Part shown: positions 21,581 to 29,997 of the stretch, one piece after another | How positions within the stretch are numbered: position 1 is the stretch's first letter | Layout: the number at the start of each line of letters is the position of its first letter | Assembly: GCA_963731765.1 (NCBI GenBank) | Contig: CAVSWS010000040.1 | Location: forward strand, 17,732 to 81,731 | DNA length: 64,000 nucleotides | Direction: 5' to 3' | DNA from: an uncultured Chloroflexia bacterium | GTDB taxonomy: Bacteria > Chloroflexota > Dehalococcoidia > DSTF01 > WHTK01 | Program-made: the position numbers and the translations under genes | Notes under the pieces: model-generated | Told to the model about the DNA's origin: nothing | Database searches by the model: none | What the model saw: the letters and a program-made list of their open reading frames with translations, nothing else

Positions 21581-21630
21581 GGGGGACACCCCCCAGGCCC
21601 CCCGCGCATGGGCTGCGCCCCCGCTACCCC
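21581..21630. repeat. 50-bp GC-rich dispersed repeat, copy 2
   Basis: Matches 10491-10540. Confidence 0.8.
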
Positions 21631-21826
21631 TGCTCGCTTTGCTTCGCAATGCGGGGGCGCCCACGAACCGCTTCAGGGCTTTCGACCGCTTTGCCCTTCT
21701 ATCGGCTGGAGGAACACCGAGCGCCCGGGTGAGGTCGGCCTCCCGCGCTGCGGGTGCTCCGTGTTCGCTGGAAGCTGTTTTCACATTGCTTGCCAAGGGT
21801 TTGAAAGCGAGCGCGGAGCAAAAGGC

Positions 21827-21878
21827 TTGATCCGATGGTGTTGTGGCCTTAGTATTCTTGACTAAGGCAATCCACTTT
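21827..21878 (+). promoter_or_regulatory. Sigma70 promoter of cysH with overlapping candidate Rrf2 operator
   Basis: TTGATC-17 nt-TAGTAT, then ATTCTTGACTAAGGCAATCCACTTT (IscR-like). Confidence 0.6.
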
Positions 21879-21901
21879 ATCGACTAGCCCTGAGGCCGAC
21901 C

Positions 21902-22651
21902 GTGACGAACGTGAAAACCTACGACGCAGCCACCTTGACACGCCTGAGCGCAGAGATGGAAGGCAAGGAACCGCAGGAGATCCTGCGATGGGCGACGAGC
22001 GAGTTTCAGCCGGGACTGACCATGGCGTGTAGCTTCGGCGGGCCCACCGGCATGGTGTTGCTGGATATGGTGATGAAGATCGACGCGTCCGTAGAGGTGT
22101 TCTACCTGGATACGGACTTCCTGTTCCCGCAGACGTACCAGCTGCGCGAGATGTGCGAGGCGCGCTACGGCTTCAAGCCAATCGGCTACAAGTCGCTGTT
22201 GACGCCGGAAGCGCAGTCGGCGCAGCACGGGGAGGCGCTGTGGGCGCGCGACCCGGACATGTGCTGCGAGCTGCGCAAGGTGGAGCCGAACAACCGGGCG
22301 CTGGACGGCAAGACGGCGTGGATCTCCGGCATGCGCCGCGACCAGGCGAAGACGCGAACGGACATCGGCATCGTCGAGTGGGACTCGAAGTTCAACCTGG
22401 TGAAGCTAAACCCGCTGGCGACCTGGGATGAGAAGCAGGTCTGGTCGTACATCGTCACGAACGGTGTGCCCTACAACGAGCTGCACGACCACGGCTACCC
22501 GAGCATCGGCTGCACGCACTGCACGAAGCCGGTGAAGGCCGGCGAGGACCCGCGGTCGGGTCGCTGGCAGGGCTTCGACAAGGAAGAGTGCGGCATCCAG
22601 GAAGGCACCGTGCAGATCCTCAGCGTGGCACGAGGCGTTACGGATGCTTGA
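21902..22651 (+). CDS. cysH: APS/PAPS reductase, [4Fe-4S] type
   Basis: YLDTDFLF, CCELRKVEP, GMRRDQ, GYPSIGCTHCT, RSGRW, ECG. Confidence 0.93.
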   Translation: MTNVKTYDAATLTRLSAEMEGKEPQEILRWATSEFQPGLTMACSFGGPTGMVLLDMVMKIDASVEVFYLDTDFLFPQTYQLREMCEARYGFKPIGYKSLLTPEAQSAQHGEALWARDPDMCCELRKVEPNNRALDGKTAWISGMRRDQAKTRTDIGIVEWDSKFNLVKLNPLATWDEKQVWSYIVTNGVPYNELHDHGYPSIGCTHCTKPVKAGEDPRSGRWQGFDKEECGIQEGTVQILSVARGVTDA

Positions 22652-23609
22652 GAGGCCCGCTGCCTCTAACCTCCAGGCTGCCACCTTTTTCACTGATCGC
22701 TTCGATGAGATTGCGCACCGGGGCGGGCAAATGACGTCCTCTGCGCGTGAGAATGCCGTACAGCAGCGGAGGCAAGCCGCCGCGTACGGGGCGCAAAGCC
22801 AATCGATCGCCCTCTCCCGCCACGGTGAAGCTCGGGACGAGGGCGATGCCCTGCCCGAGAGCAACGAACTCCTTGATCATGTGCCATCGCTCCAGCTCCA
22901 TGGCCACGCGCAGCTCGCGGCCGGTACGGGCTATCGCCGCCTCGATGGCGGCGCGGGCAGAAGACTCGGGGGCGGCCATGAGCATGGGGTAGGGCGCCAC
23001 GTCGGCGATGCTCACGATGCTGCGCTGAGCCAGGGGATGGTCGAGGGGGCAGATGAGGATGAGCTCGTCGTTGAGAACCGGCTCGAAGGTCAGGTAGGGG
23101 CTCGTGATCGGGCCGGACGTGATGCCGAAGTCGATCTCATCCGCGGCGACCATGTCCTCGGTCTGGCCACGGGTGCTGCTGTAGACAACAAGACGTACGT
23201 CGGGATGGCGCTCTCGATAGACCTGCAGGGCCGGGCCGGCGAGATGGAGCAAGAGCTCGTGACCGGCGGCGAGGCGCACTTCCTGGACGTCGCTGCCGAG
23301 GCGGTCGGACAGGCTGCCCTGGAGCTGGTCGATGCCCTCGACGAGAGGCTCGACGAGGTCGAAGAGGGCTTCGCCGGCCTCGGTGAGGGTGGCGCCGCGG
23401 GCGTGACGCAGGAAGAGCGGGCGGCCCATGAGCTGCTCGAGGCTTTTGATGTGAGTACTGATGCTCGGCTGGGTGGTCAGAAGCTGCTCGGCGGCGCGCG
23501 TGAAGCTGCGATAGACAGCGGCGTAGTAGAAGCTCCGGAGCTGGGCGAGATCGCCGGGGAAGAACTGCGAAGGGGTGGATAACTCGGGGCGAGCCATACG
23601 ATTCAGCAA
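22638..23609 (-). CDS. LysR-family transcriptional regulator
   Basis: QLRSFY...SFTRAAEQL..TQPSISTHIKSLE...LFLR; divergent from cysC; start uncertain (23609 or 23597). Confidence 0.92.
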   Translation of the reverse strand: MLNRMARPELSTPSQFFPGDLAQLRSFYYAAVYRSFTRAAEQLLTTQPSISTHIKSLEQLMGRPLFLRHARGATLTEAGEALFDLVEPLVEGIDQLQGSLSDRLGSDVQEVRLAAGHELLLHLAGPALQVYRERHPDVRLVVYSSTRGQTEDMVAADEIDFGITSGPITSPYLTFEPVLNDELILICPLDHPLAQRSIVSIADVAPYPMLMAAPESSARAAIEAAIARTGRELRVAMELERWHMIKEFVALGQGIALVPSFTVAGEGDRLALRPVRGGLPPLLYGILTRRGRHLPAPVRNLIEAISEKGGSLEVRGSGPLKHP

Positions 23610-23628
23610 TGTCTCCTATTCGGAATCA

Positions 23629-23664
23629 TACACTACTCGGATACCTACTTGAGTCGACATAGTA
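23629..23664. promoter_or_regulatory. Divergent lysR/cysC promoter region with candidate Rrf2 operator
   Basis: TACACT on plus and TACTAT on minus; minus strand reads TATGTCGACTCAAGTAGGTAT. Confidence 0.45.
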
Positions 23665-23704
23665 AGCAAGGCGATGTGAGGCATCGCGATGGAGGGAAGT
23701 GTTA

Positions 23705-24256
23705 GTGAGTAACAAGGGTTTCACGATCTGGTTCACGGGCCTGTCCGGTGCGGGCAAGTCGACGCTGTCGGAGGCGCTGGCGCCGGTGCTGCGGGAACGC
23801 GGGCACAACGTCGAGATTCTCGACGGCGACATCGTGCGCACGAACCTGAGCAAGGGTCTGGGATTCAGCAAAGAAGACCGTGACACCAACATCCTGCGCA
23901 TCGGCTTCGTGGCGCACCTGCTGAGCCGCAACGGCGTGGCCGTGATTACCGCCGCCATCTCCCCCTACCGCGACATCCGCGACCAGAACCGAGCGCTGAT
24001 CGGCGACGGGTTCGTCGAGGTGTACGCGAAGTGCTCGATCGAAGAGCTGACGCGCCGCGACGTGAAGGGCCTGTACGAGAAGGCGCTGCGAGGCGAGATC
24101 CAGAACTTCACGGGCGTTTCCGACCCCTACGAGGAGCCGCACAACCCGGAGGTCGTTATCGACTCCGAGCTGGAGACGGTGGAGGAGAGCCTGAACAAGA
24201 TCCTGAACCACCTCGAGGAAAAGGGATACATCGCTCCGGTGGCGTCGCGGGCGTAA
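23705..24256 (+). CDS. cysC: Adenylyl-sulfate kinase
   Basis: [48 protein letters not shown]. Confidence 0.97.
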   Translation: MSNKGFTIWFTGLSGAGKSTLSEALAPVLRERGHNVEILDGDIVRTNLSKGLGFSKEDRDTNILRIGFVAHLLSRNGVAVITAAISPYRDIRDQNRALIGDGFVEVYAKCSIEELTRRDVKGLYEKALRGEIQNFTGVSDPYEEPHNPEVVIDSELETVEESLNKILNHLEEKGYIAPVASRA

Positions 24257-24300
24257 AGGCGGCAGTACGTAACCTCGGCATGAATGCCGGGATTTGAGGT

Positions 24301-24341
24301 CCCCTCACCCTGGCCCTCTCCCCGAGGGGGAGAGGGAACTA
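24301..24341. repeat. CCCTCACCC...CCCTCTCCC-N-GGGAGAGGG palindromic repeat
   Basis: Same family as 20863, 29848, 31081, 34549, 34731 and 51619. Confidence 0.75.
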
Positions 24342-24431
24342 CCAAAGAGCGGCCCTTTCCTAAGGCAGAGGAAAGCTCGATAAGTAAGCAGCGCTCCGGG
24401 TTCGGGGCTTTCGATAAGGATGAAGACTGGA

Positions 24432-25589
24432 ATGACTGACGGACTGATTGAGCCGCACGGCGGGATTCTTGTTGACCGGATTGCGACGAACCAGGATGCG
24501 CTCAACATGGCGGAGCAGGCAAAGAGCCTGCCCGTGATCAAGCTGGGCATGCGGCCGCTGTCCGACCTCGAGATGATCGCGGTGGGCGCCTTCAGTCCCC
24601 TGACCGGCTTCATGAACAGCGCCGACTACAAGGGCGTGGTGCACAACATGCACCTCGCGAGCGGGCTGCCGTGGTCGCTGCCGGTAACGCTTTCAGCCTC
24701 GAAGGAGGACGCGAAGGCGTACGAGGGCAAGCAGGTGGCGCTGGGTGACGAGGACGGCAACCTGCTGGCGATCATGGACGTCGAAGAGGCGTTCGAGTAC
24801 GACAAGCAGGAAGAGGCGCGTCTGGCGTACGGCACGGAAGAGGACGCCCACCCGGGCGTGGCAGCCGTGTACGCGCAGGACGAAATGCTGATCGGCGGGC
24901 AGGTACGGCTGTTCGAGCGCCAGAAGCACACCGAGTTCCTGGAGCACCGCCGCGACCCGAAGGAGACGCGCGCCGCCTTCGCAGAGAAGGGCTGGAAGAC
25001 GATCGTCGGCTTCCAGACGCGCAACCCGGTGCACCGGGCGCACGAGTACATCCAGAAGTGCGCTCTCGAGACCGTCGATGCCATCCTGCTGCACCCGCTG
25101 GTCGGCGCCACGAAGGGCGACGACATCCCGGCGGACGTGCGCATGAAGTGCTACGAGGTGCTGCTGAGCGACTACTACCCGGCCGAGCACGCGTTGCTTT
25201 CGGTGTACCCGGCGGCGATGCGCTACGCGGGTCCGCGCGAGGCGATCTTCCACGCCCTGGTGCGCAAGAACTACGGCTGCTCCCACTTCATCGTCGGTCG
25301 CGACCACGCCGGTGTCGGCTCTTACTACGGCACCTACGACGCACAGAAAATCTTCAGCCAGTTCGAGCCGGGTGAGCTGGGCATCACTCCGATGTTCTTC
25401 GAAAACAGCTTCTTCTGCAGGGCTTGCGGTTCCATGGGCACCGCGAAGACCTGTCCCCACGGCGACGACGACCACGTGAGCCTCTCCGGCACGAAGGTGC
25501 GCGAGATGCTCTCCCAGGGCCAGATGCCCCCTTCAGAGTTCACGCGACCCGAGGTCGCCCAGATCCTGATCGACTCTTACCGGAGTTAG
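24432..25589 (+). CDS. sat: Sulfate adenylyltransferase
   Basis: PHGG, GAFSPLTGFM, FQTRNPVHRAHE, MRYAGPREA, HFIVGRDHAG; alternative start 24420. Confidence 0.97.
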   Translation: MTDGLIEPHGGILVDRIATNQDALNMAEQAKSLPVIKLGMRPLSDLEMIAVGAFSPLTGFMNSADYKGVVHNMHLASGLPWSLPVTLSASKEDAKAYEGKQVALGDEDGNLLAIMDVEEAFEYDKQEEARLAYGTEEDAHPGVAAVYAQDEMLIGGQVRLFERQKHTEFLEHRRDPKETRAAFAEKGWKTIVGFQTRNPVHRAHEYIQKCALETVDAILLHPLVGATKGDDIPADVRMKCYEVLLSDYYPAEHALLSVYPAAMRYAGPREAIFHALVRKNYGCSHFIVGRDHAGVGSYYGTYDAQKIFSQFEPGELGITPMFFENSFFCRACGSMGTAKTCPHGDDDHVSLSGTKVREMLSQGQMPPSEFTRPEVAQILIDSYRS

Positions 25590-25604
25590 CAAGGCAGCGC
25601 ATTG

Positions 25605-26741
25605 ATGTCCGAATCGGTACCTGAGGCGCGCCTGGCCGGCAGAAAGTCGACTTTGTTGACCGACGAAGTCGAGATTGTCGAAGCCGTGCCCTTGCGCTTT
25701 CGGATGCCGAAGATCCTGGGGCACACCGCGCTGGTCCTGCTTTCGCTCTGGCTGTTCATCGTCGCGCTGCAGCTGATCAAGAGCGGCGCGACCGGCCTGC
25801 GCCCCGTGCTGGACGCGGTGTCCGCCGACGGCATCGCCGGGCATTTCGGCTTCGGCTGGTTCGGGTCATACGTGGTGATGAGTGGGTCGCCCGTGGCCGC
25901 GGTGGCGATGAGCCTGTTCGCGGGCGGGGCGACGACCAACCTCGAGACGTTCGCGATGATCAACGGCACCCGGATGGGCGCTTCGCTGATCGTGCTGGTG
26001 GTGGGCTTCGTGTCTTATGTCACGGGGCGGCGCAACCCTGACGGCCTCTACGTCGGGGTGGTTGCGCTGCTGACGGCGATGACGCTGTGGGCGCCGGCGA
26101 TGCCGATGGGCCTGCTGATCCTGGACAAGGGCTGGCTGGACGGGATTCAGATCAGCAGCCCGGGCGCGTTGACGTCGTTCGTGGGCACTGTATCGGACCC
26201 GGTGGTCAAGCCTCTGGTGGATACGCTGCCGCTGTTCGGGCTATTCGTGGCCGGCGTCGGGGCGCTGGTCATCGCGTTCACGAGCTTCGACCGGGCGATC
26301 CCGAGTCTCGAGACGCCGGGGCCGCGGTTCGAGCGCCTGTCACGCCTGCTGCACCAGCGGCTGGCGATGTTCGCGTTCGGCACACTCGTGACGCTGATCA
26401 CGCTCTCGGTGTCGTTGTCGGTGACGATCCTGGTACCGCTGGCGCTGAAGGGCTACATCCGGCGCGACCGCGTGGTGCCTTACGTCATGGGCGCGAACGT
26501 GGCGACGTGGGTCGACACGCTGTTCGCCGCCCTGCTGCTCGACTCACCGCGGGCGTTCACGATCGTGCTGACGGAGATGGTGGTGGGCGGCATCGTCTCG
26601 CTGACAGTGCTGCTGGTGTTTTACGGGCCGTACACGCGCCTGATCCTCGGCATCGCGCATCGGGTGAGCAGCAGCAGGACTCACCTGATGGTGTTCATCG
26701 GCGTGCTGTTCATGATGCCGGTGGTCCTGCTGTTGTTTTGA
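25605..26741 (+). CDS. Na/Pi-cotransporter-like multi-TM permease (candidate sulfur oxyanion transporter)
   Basis: About 9-10 TM; internal repeat SGSPVAA...GTRMGAS / SVSLSV...YVMGANVATWVD resembles NaPi-II QSSS...GANIGT; starts 15 nt after sat. Confidence 0.7.
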   Translation: MSESVPEARLAGRKSTLLTDEVEIVEAVPLRFRMPKILGHTALVLLSLWLFIVALQLIKSGATGLRPVLDAVSADGIAGHFGFGWFGSYVVMSGSPVAAVAMSLFAGGATTNLETFAMINGTRMGASLIVLVVGFVSYVTGRRNPDGLYVGVVALLTAMTLWAPAMPMGLLILDKGWLDGIQISSPGALTSFVGTVSDPVVKPLVDTLPLFGLFVAGVGALVIAFTSFDRAIPSLETPGPRFERLSRLLHQRLAMFAFGTLVTLITLSVSLSVTILVPLALKGYIRRDRVVPYVMGANVATWVDTLFAALLLDSPRAFTIVLTEMVVGGIVSLTVLLVFYGPYTRLILGIAHRVSSSRTHLMVFIGVLFMMPVVLLLF

Positions 26742-26747
26742 TGCGGG

Positions 26748-26779
26748 TGATATAATTGTTGACGTACTTACTAAACAAA
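26748..26779 (+). promoter_or_regulatory. Extended -10 promoter with candidate Rrf2 auto-operator
   Basis: TGA-TATAAT followed by ATTGTTGACGTACTTACTAAAC. Confidence 0.65.
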
Positions 26780-26817
26780 TCCCGGGCGCCTGTGGGCTCC
26801 CCTAGAGAGGCACGACT

Positions 26818-27255
26818 GTGAAGGTATCGATGAAGGGCGACTACGGTGTTCGCGCGCTGGTCGAGCTCGCGCATCGCTACGGTGATGGGCAGCAAATGCA
26901 GAGCGCTGCGATTGCCAGTGCGCAATCGATACCGGAGCCGTACCTCGACCAGCTGCTGACAACGCTGCGCCGCGCGGGGTTCATCCGCAGCGTGCGCGGT
27001 CCCCAGGGCGGCCACTCCCTGATCCGCGACCCGCACGAGCTTCGCCTGAGCGAAGTGATCGCAGCACTGGAGGGATCGCTGGCGCCGATAGCGTGCCTGG
27101 ACGACCCGGAGGGATGTCGCAAGACGGCGAGTTGCAGCCTGCGACCGGTGTGGCAGGAGATCGAAGCTGCTACGATGCGCGTCCTGGACAGCATCACCAT
27201 CGCCGACCTGGCGGAGCGCGAGCGGGCCGGCAGCAGCGCAAGATACGCGATCTAG
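26818..27255 (+). CDS. Rrf2-family regulator (IscR/CymR-like) with three Cys
   Basis: KGDYGVRAL, YLDQLL, SVRGPQGG, CLDDPEGCRKTASC. Confidence 0.93.
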   Translation: MKVSMKGDYGVRALVELAHRYGDGQQMQSAAIASAQSIPEPYLDQLLTTLRRAGFIRSVRGPQGGHSLIRDPHELRLSEVIAALEGSLAPIACLDDPEGCRKTASCSLRPVWQEIEAATMRVLDSITIADLAERERAGSSARYAI

Positions 27256-27266
27256 AAGGGGGCGAA

Positions 27267-28196
27267 GTGCAGGCAAGAACGGAACAACGCATCGCAAACG
27301 GCGCCCTCGACCTGATCGGCGGCACACCGCTCGTGCGCCTGGAGAAGATCCGGCCGGCGGGCGGGGCAGAGATCCTGGCCAAGATGGAGGCGTTCAACCC
27401 CGGCGGCAGCGTGAAGGACCGCATTGCCCTCGCGATGGTCGAGGACGCGGAAGAGCGCGGACTGCTGAAGCCGGGCGGGACGATCGTGGAGCCGACGTCG
27501 GGCAACACCGGTATCGGCCTGGCAGTGGTGGCGGCGGCGAAGGGATACAAGCTGATCCTGACGATGCCGGACGACTACAGCGTTGAGCGCCGCAAGCTGG
27601 TGCAGCGTTTCGGCGTCCAGCTGATCCTGACGCCGGCGATCGAAGGCATGACGGGCGCAGTGTTCGCGGCGGAGGAGCTGGTGGCGAAGAACCCCAACTA
27701 CTACATGCCGCAGCAGTTCGATAACCCGGCCAACCCGGCGGTGCACCGACGGACGACGGCGCAGGAGATCCTGCGAGACACGGACGGCCGCCTGGATGCG
27801 TTCGTTGCGGGCGTGGGCACGGGCGGCACGATCACCGGCGTCGGCGAGGTGTTGAAGGAGCGCATACCGGGTGTGCTGATCGTGGCGGTGGAGCCGTCGC
27901 GGTCGCCGGTGCTGGCGGGAGGCAAGCCGGGTCTACACGCGATCCAGGGCATCGGCGCGAGCTTCGTGCCCGGCGTGCTGAACCGCGATGTCTACGACGA
28001 GCTGATCGCCGTGAAGGACGACGAGGCGACGGAGATGGCGAAACGGATCACTCGTGAGGAGGGACTGCTGGTCGGCATCTCCTCCGGCGCCAACGTGTTC
28101 GCGGCGGTGAAAATCGCGCAACGGTTGGGTGCTGACAAGCGAGTGGTAACATTGCTTCCAGATACCGGGGAGAGGTATCTGAGCGTAAACTTCTAG
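27267..28196 (+). CDS. cysK: Cysteine synthase A
   Basis: IGGTPLV, NPGGSVKDR, EPTSGNTG, QQFDNPAN, GVGTGGT, HAIQGIG, PDTGERYLS. Confidence 0.95.
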   Translation: MQARTEQRIANGALDLIGGTPLVRLEKIRPAGGAEILAKMEAFNPGGSVKDRIALAMVEDAEERGLLKPGGTIVEPTSGNTGIGLAVVAAAKGYKLILTMPDDYSVERRKLVQRFGVQLILTPAIEGMTGAVFAAEELVAKNPNYYMPQQFDNPANPAVHRRTTAQEILRDTDGRLDAFVAGVGTGGTITGVGEVLKERIPGVLIVAVEPSRSPVLAGGKPGLHAIQGIGASFVPGVLNRDVYDELIAVKDDEATEMAKRITREEGLLVGISSGANVFAAVKIAQRLGADKRVVTLLPDTGERYLSVNF

Positions 28197-28236
28197 AGTC
28201 AGGAACAAGGAATCAGGAACAGGGAACAAGAAGCAT
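28194..28236. repeat. Degenerate heptamer tandem array (AGGAACA/AGGAATC)
   Basis: aggaaca aggaatc aggaaca gggaaca agaagca directly after the cysK stop. Confidence 0.65.
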
Positions 28237-28408
28237 CGAAGCGCGAGTGCTGTGAACCGCGCGGCCACGTTTGCCAGAGCCTGCTTGCAGGTGGAGGCGC
28301 ATCGAAAAGCGTGACCGGAGCCGTTATTTAGATGATTTCGCTGGCCGCAGTAGCGGCTACGTCCAAGAGAGATAGTGTGCGAGTATGGAGAGTGCGGGAG
28401 GAAAGCCC

Positions 28409-29527
28409 ATGATCAGTGTCTATATCCCTACGCCCTTCCGAAGCTTCGTTGGTAATCGGACCAACGTGGAAGTGGAAGGCAACAACGTCGCCGAGGTGAT
28501 CAAAGCCCTCGACGTCCGATTCCCCGGCTTCCGCAACCTGTGTTACGACTCCAAAGGCACGATCCCGACGCACATCAACATCTACGTCAACAACACGGAG
28601 ATCAACGCCCTGGACGGCGAGGCGACGAAGCTTTCGACCGGCGACCAGGTGGCGGTGATCCCGGCACTCGCCGGTGGAGCCGACGTGGCAGAAGAGGAAA
28701 AGAAGCCTTCCGAGTACGCGCTGACGCCTGAGCGGGTGACGCGGTACTCGCGCCACATCATCATGAACCAGGTCGGCAGCCTGGGGCAGCGCAAGATCTT
28801 TGACGCCAAGGTGCTCATCGTGGGTGCCGGCGGCCTCGGGTCACCGGTGGCGTTGTATCTGGCCCTCGCGGGCGTCGGTACGCTGGGCCTCGTCGACTTC
28901 GACGTGGTCGACCTGTCGAACCTGCAGCGCCAGATCCTGCACCAGAACGACGACATCGGTAAGCGCAAGGTGGTATCGGCTCGGGAGACGCTGAACGCGT
29001 ACAACCCGGACGTGAAGGTGATCACGCACGAGGAGCCGCTGCACTCCGAGAACGCGCTGGAAATCCTCAAGGACTACGACATCATCGTTAACGGCGCGGA
29101 CAACTTCGCGGTGCGTTACCTGGTGAACGACGCGTGTGTGTTCCTGAAGAAGCCGCTGGTAGACGGTTCGATCCTGCTGTTCGACGGCCAGGCGACCGTG
29201 TACCTGCCGGGGCGGGGCTGCTACCGCTGCCTCTACCCGACGCCTCCCCCACCCGGGATGGTCCCCTCCTGCGCGGAGGCCGGCGTGCTCGGCGCGCTGT
29301 GCGGGACGGTAGGTTCCATCCAGGCCACGGAGGTGCTGAAGCTGATTCTCGGCATCGGCGAGAGCCTCAACGGGCGCCTGTTGCTCTACGATGCTCTGGC
29401 GATGGAGATGCGTCAGGTGAAGGTCCGCCGCGACCCGAACTGCGTGGTTTGTGGCGATAACCCCACGATTACGGAATTGATCGACTATGACGAGTTCTGC
29501 GGGACACCCCCCGCCTGGCAGGAGTAA
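28409..29527 (+). CDS. MoaD/ThiS ubiquitin-like domain fused to MoeB/ThiF adenylyltransferase
   Basis: VYIPTPFR...INIYVN...IPALAGG, then RYSRH, GAGGLGS, SNLQRQ, CYRC, SCAEAG, CVVC; no rhodanese domain. Confidence 0.92.
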   Translation: MISVYIPTPFRSFVGNRTNVEVEGNNVAEVIKALDVRFPGFRNLCYDSKGTIPTHINIYVNNTEINALDGEATKLSTGDQVAVIPALAGGADVAEEEKKPSEYALTPERVTRYSRHIIMNQVGSLGQRKIFDAKVLIVGAGGLGSPVALYLALAGVGTLGLVDFDVVDLSNLQRQILHQNDDIGKRKVVSARETLNAYNPDVKVITHEEPLHSENALEILKDYDIIVNGADNFAVRYLVNDACVFLKKPLVDGSILLFDGQATVYLPGRGCYRCLYPTPPPPGMVPSCAEAGVLGALCGTVGSIQATEVLKLILGIGESLNGRLLLYDALAMEMRQVKVRRDPNCVVCGDNPTITELIDYDEFCGTPPAWQE

Positions 29528-29530
29528 AGA

Positions 29531-29806
29531 GTGCCCGTAGAGGTCCGCGTAACATCGGTTCTCCAGCGCGTCATCGGCGCAAAGTCCGTCGAGGCGGAAG
29601 GCAAGACGATCGCCGAGGTATTGCAGGGCATCGAAGCCCGGTACCCCGGCTTTCGGGAGCAGATCACCATGGAAGATGGCTCGCTGCACCGCTTCGTCAA
29701 TATTTATGTCAACGACGAAGACATCCGGTTCATGCAGCAGCTGGAGACACCGGTGGCAACGGGCGACGTCGTATCGATCCTGCCCGCGCTGGCGGGCGGC
29801 GCTTAA
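29531..29806 (+). CDS. MoaD/ThiS/CysO-type sulfur carrier ending GGA
   Basis: LHRFVNIYVNDEDIRF...ILPALAGGA*. Confidence 0.92.
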   Translation: MPVEVRVTSVLQRVIGAKSVEAEGKTIAEVLQGIEARYPGFREQITMEDGSLHRFVNIYVNDEDIRFMQQLETPVATGDVVSILPALAGGA

Positions 29807-29847
29807 TACAAACGGAGGGAAGCTCGCGGTGATAAGCAAGCCCGCTC

Positions 29848-29890
29848 TACCCCTCCCCTTAACCCCCTCCCCGTCTGCGGAGAGGGGGAA
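29848..29890. repeat. CCCCTCCCC...GGAGAGGGG palindromic repeat
   Basis: Same family as 24301 and 37033. Confidence 0.6.
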
Positions 29891-29997
29891 GCACGTCTTC
29901 TCCGCGGAACCGGCCGGGAGTTCTCTCCACAGGTCGGGGCCGAGAGCCCGAGACGGCCAGAAGGTCAATAAGAATGGTTACTACCCCTCATCGCGTC

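Noticed and set aside
21827-21865. TTG-started mini-ORF IRWCCGLSILD with tandem Cys upstream of cysH, as a second Cys leader
   Set aside because: It coincides with the TTGATC-17-TAGTAT promoter and would not be on that transcript.
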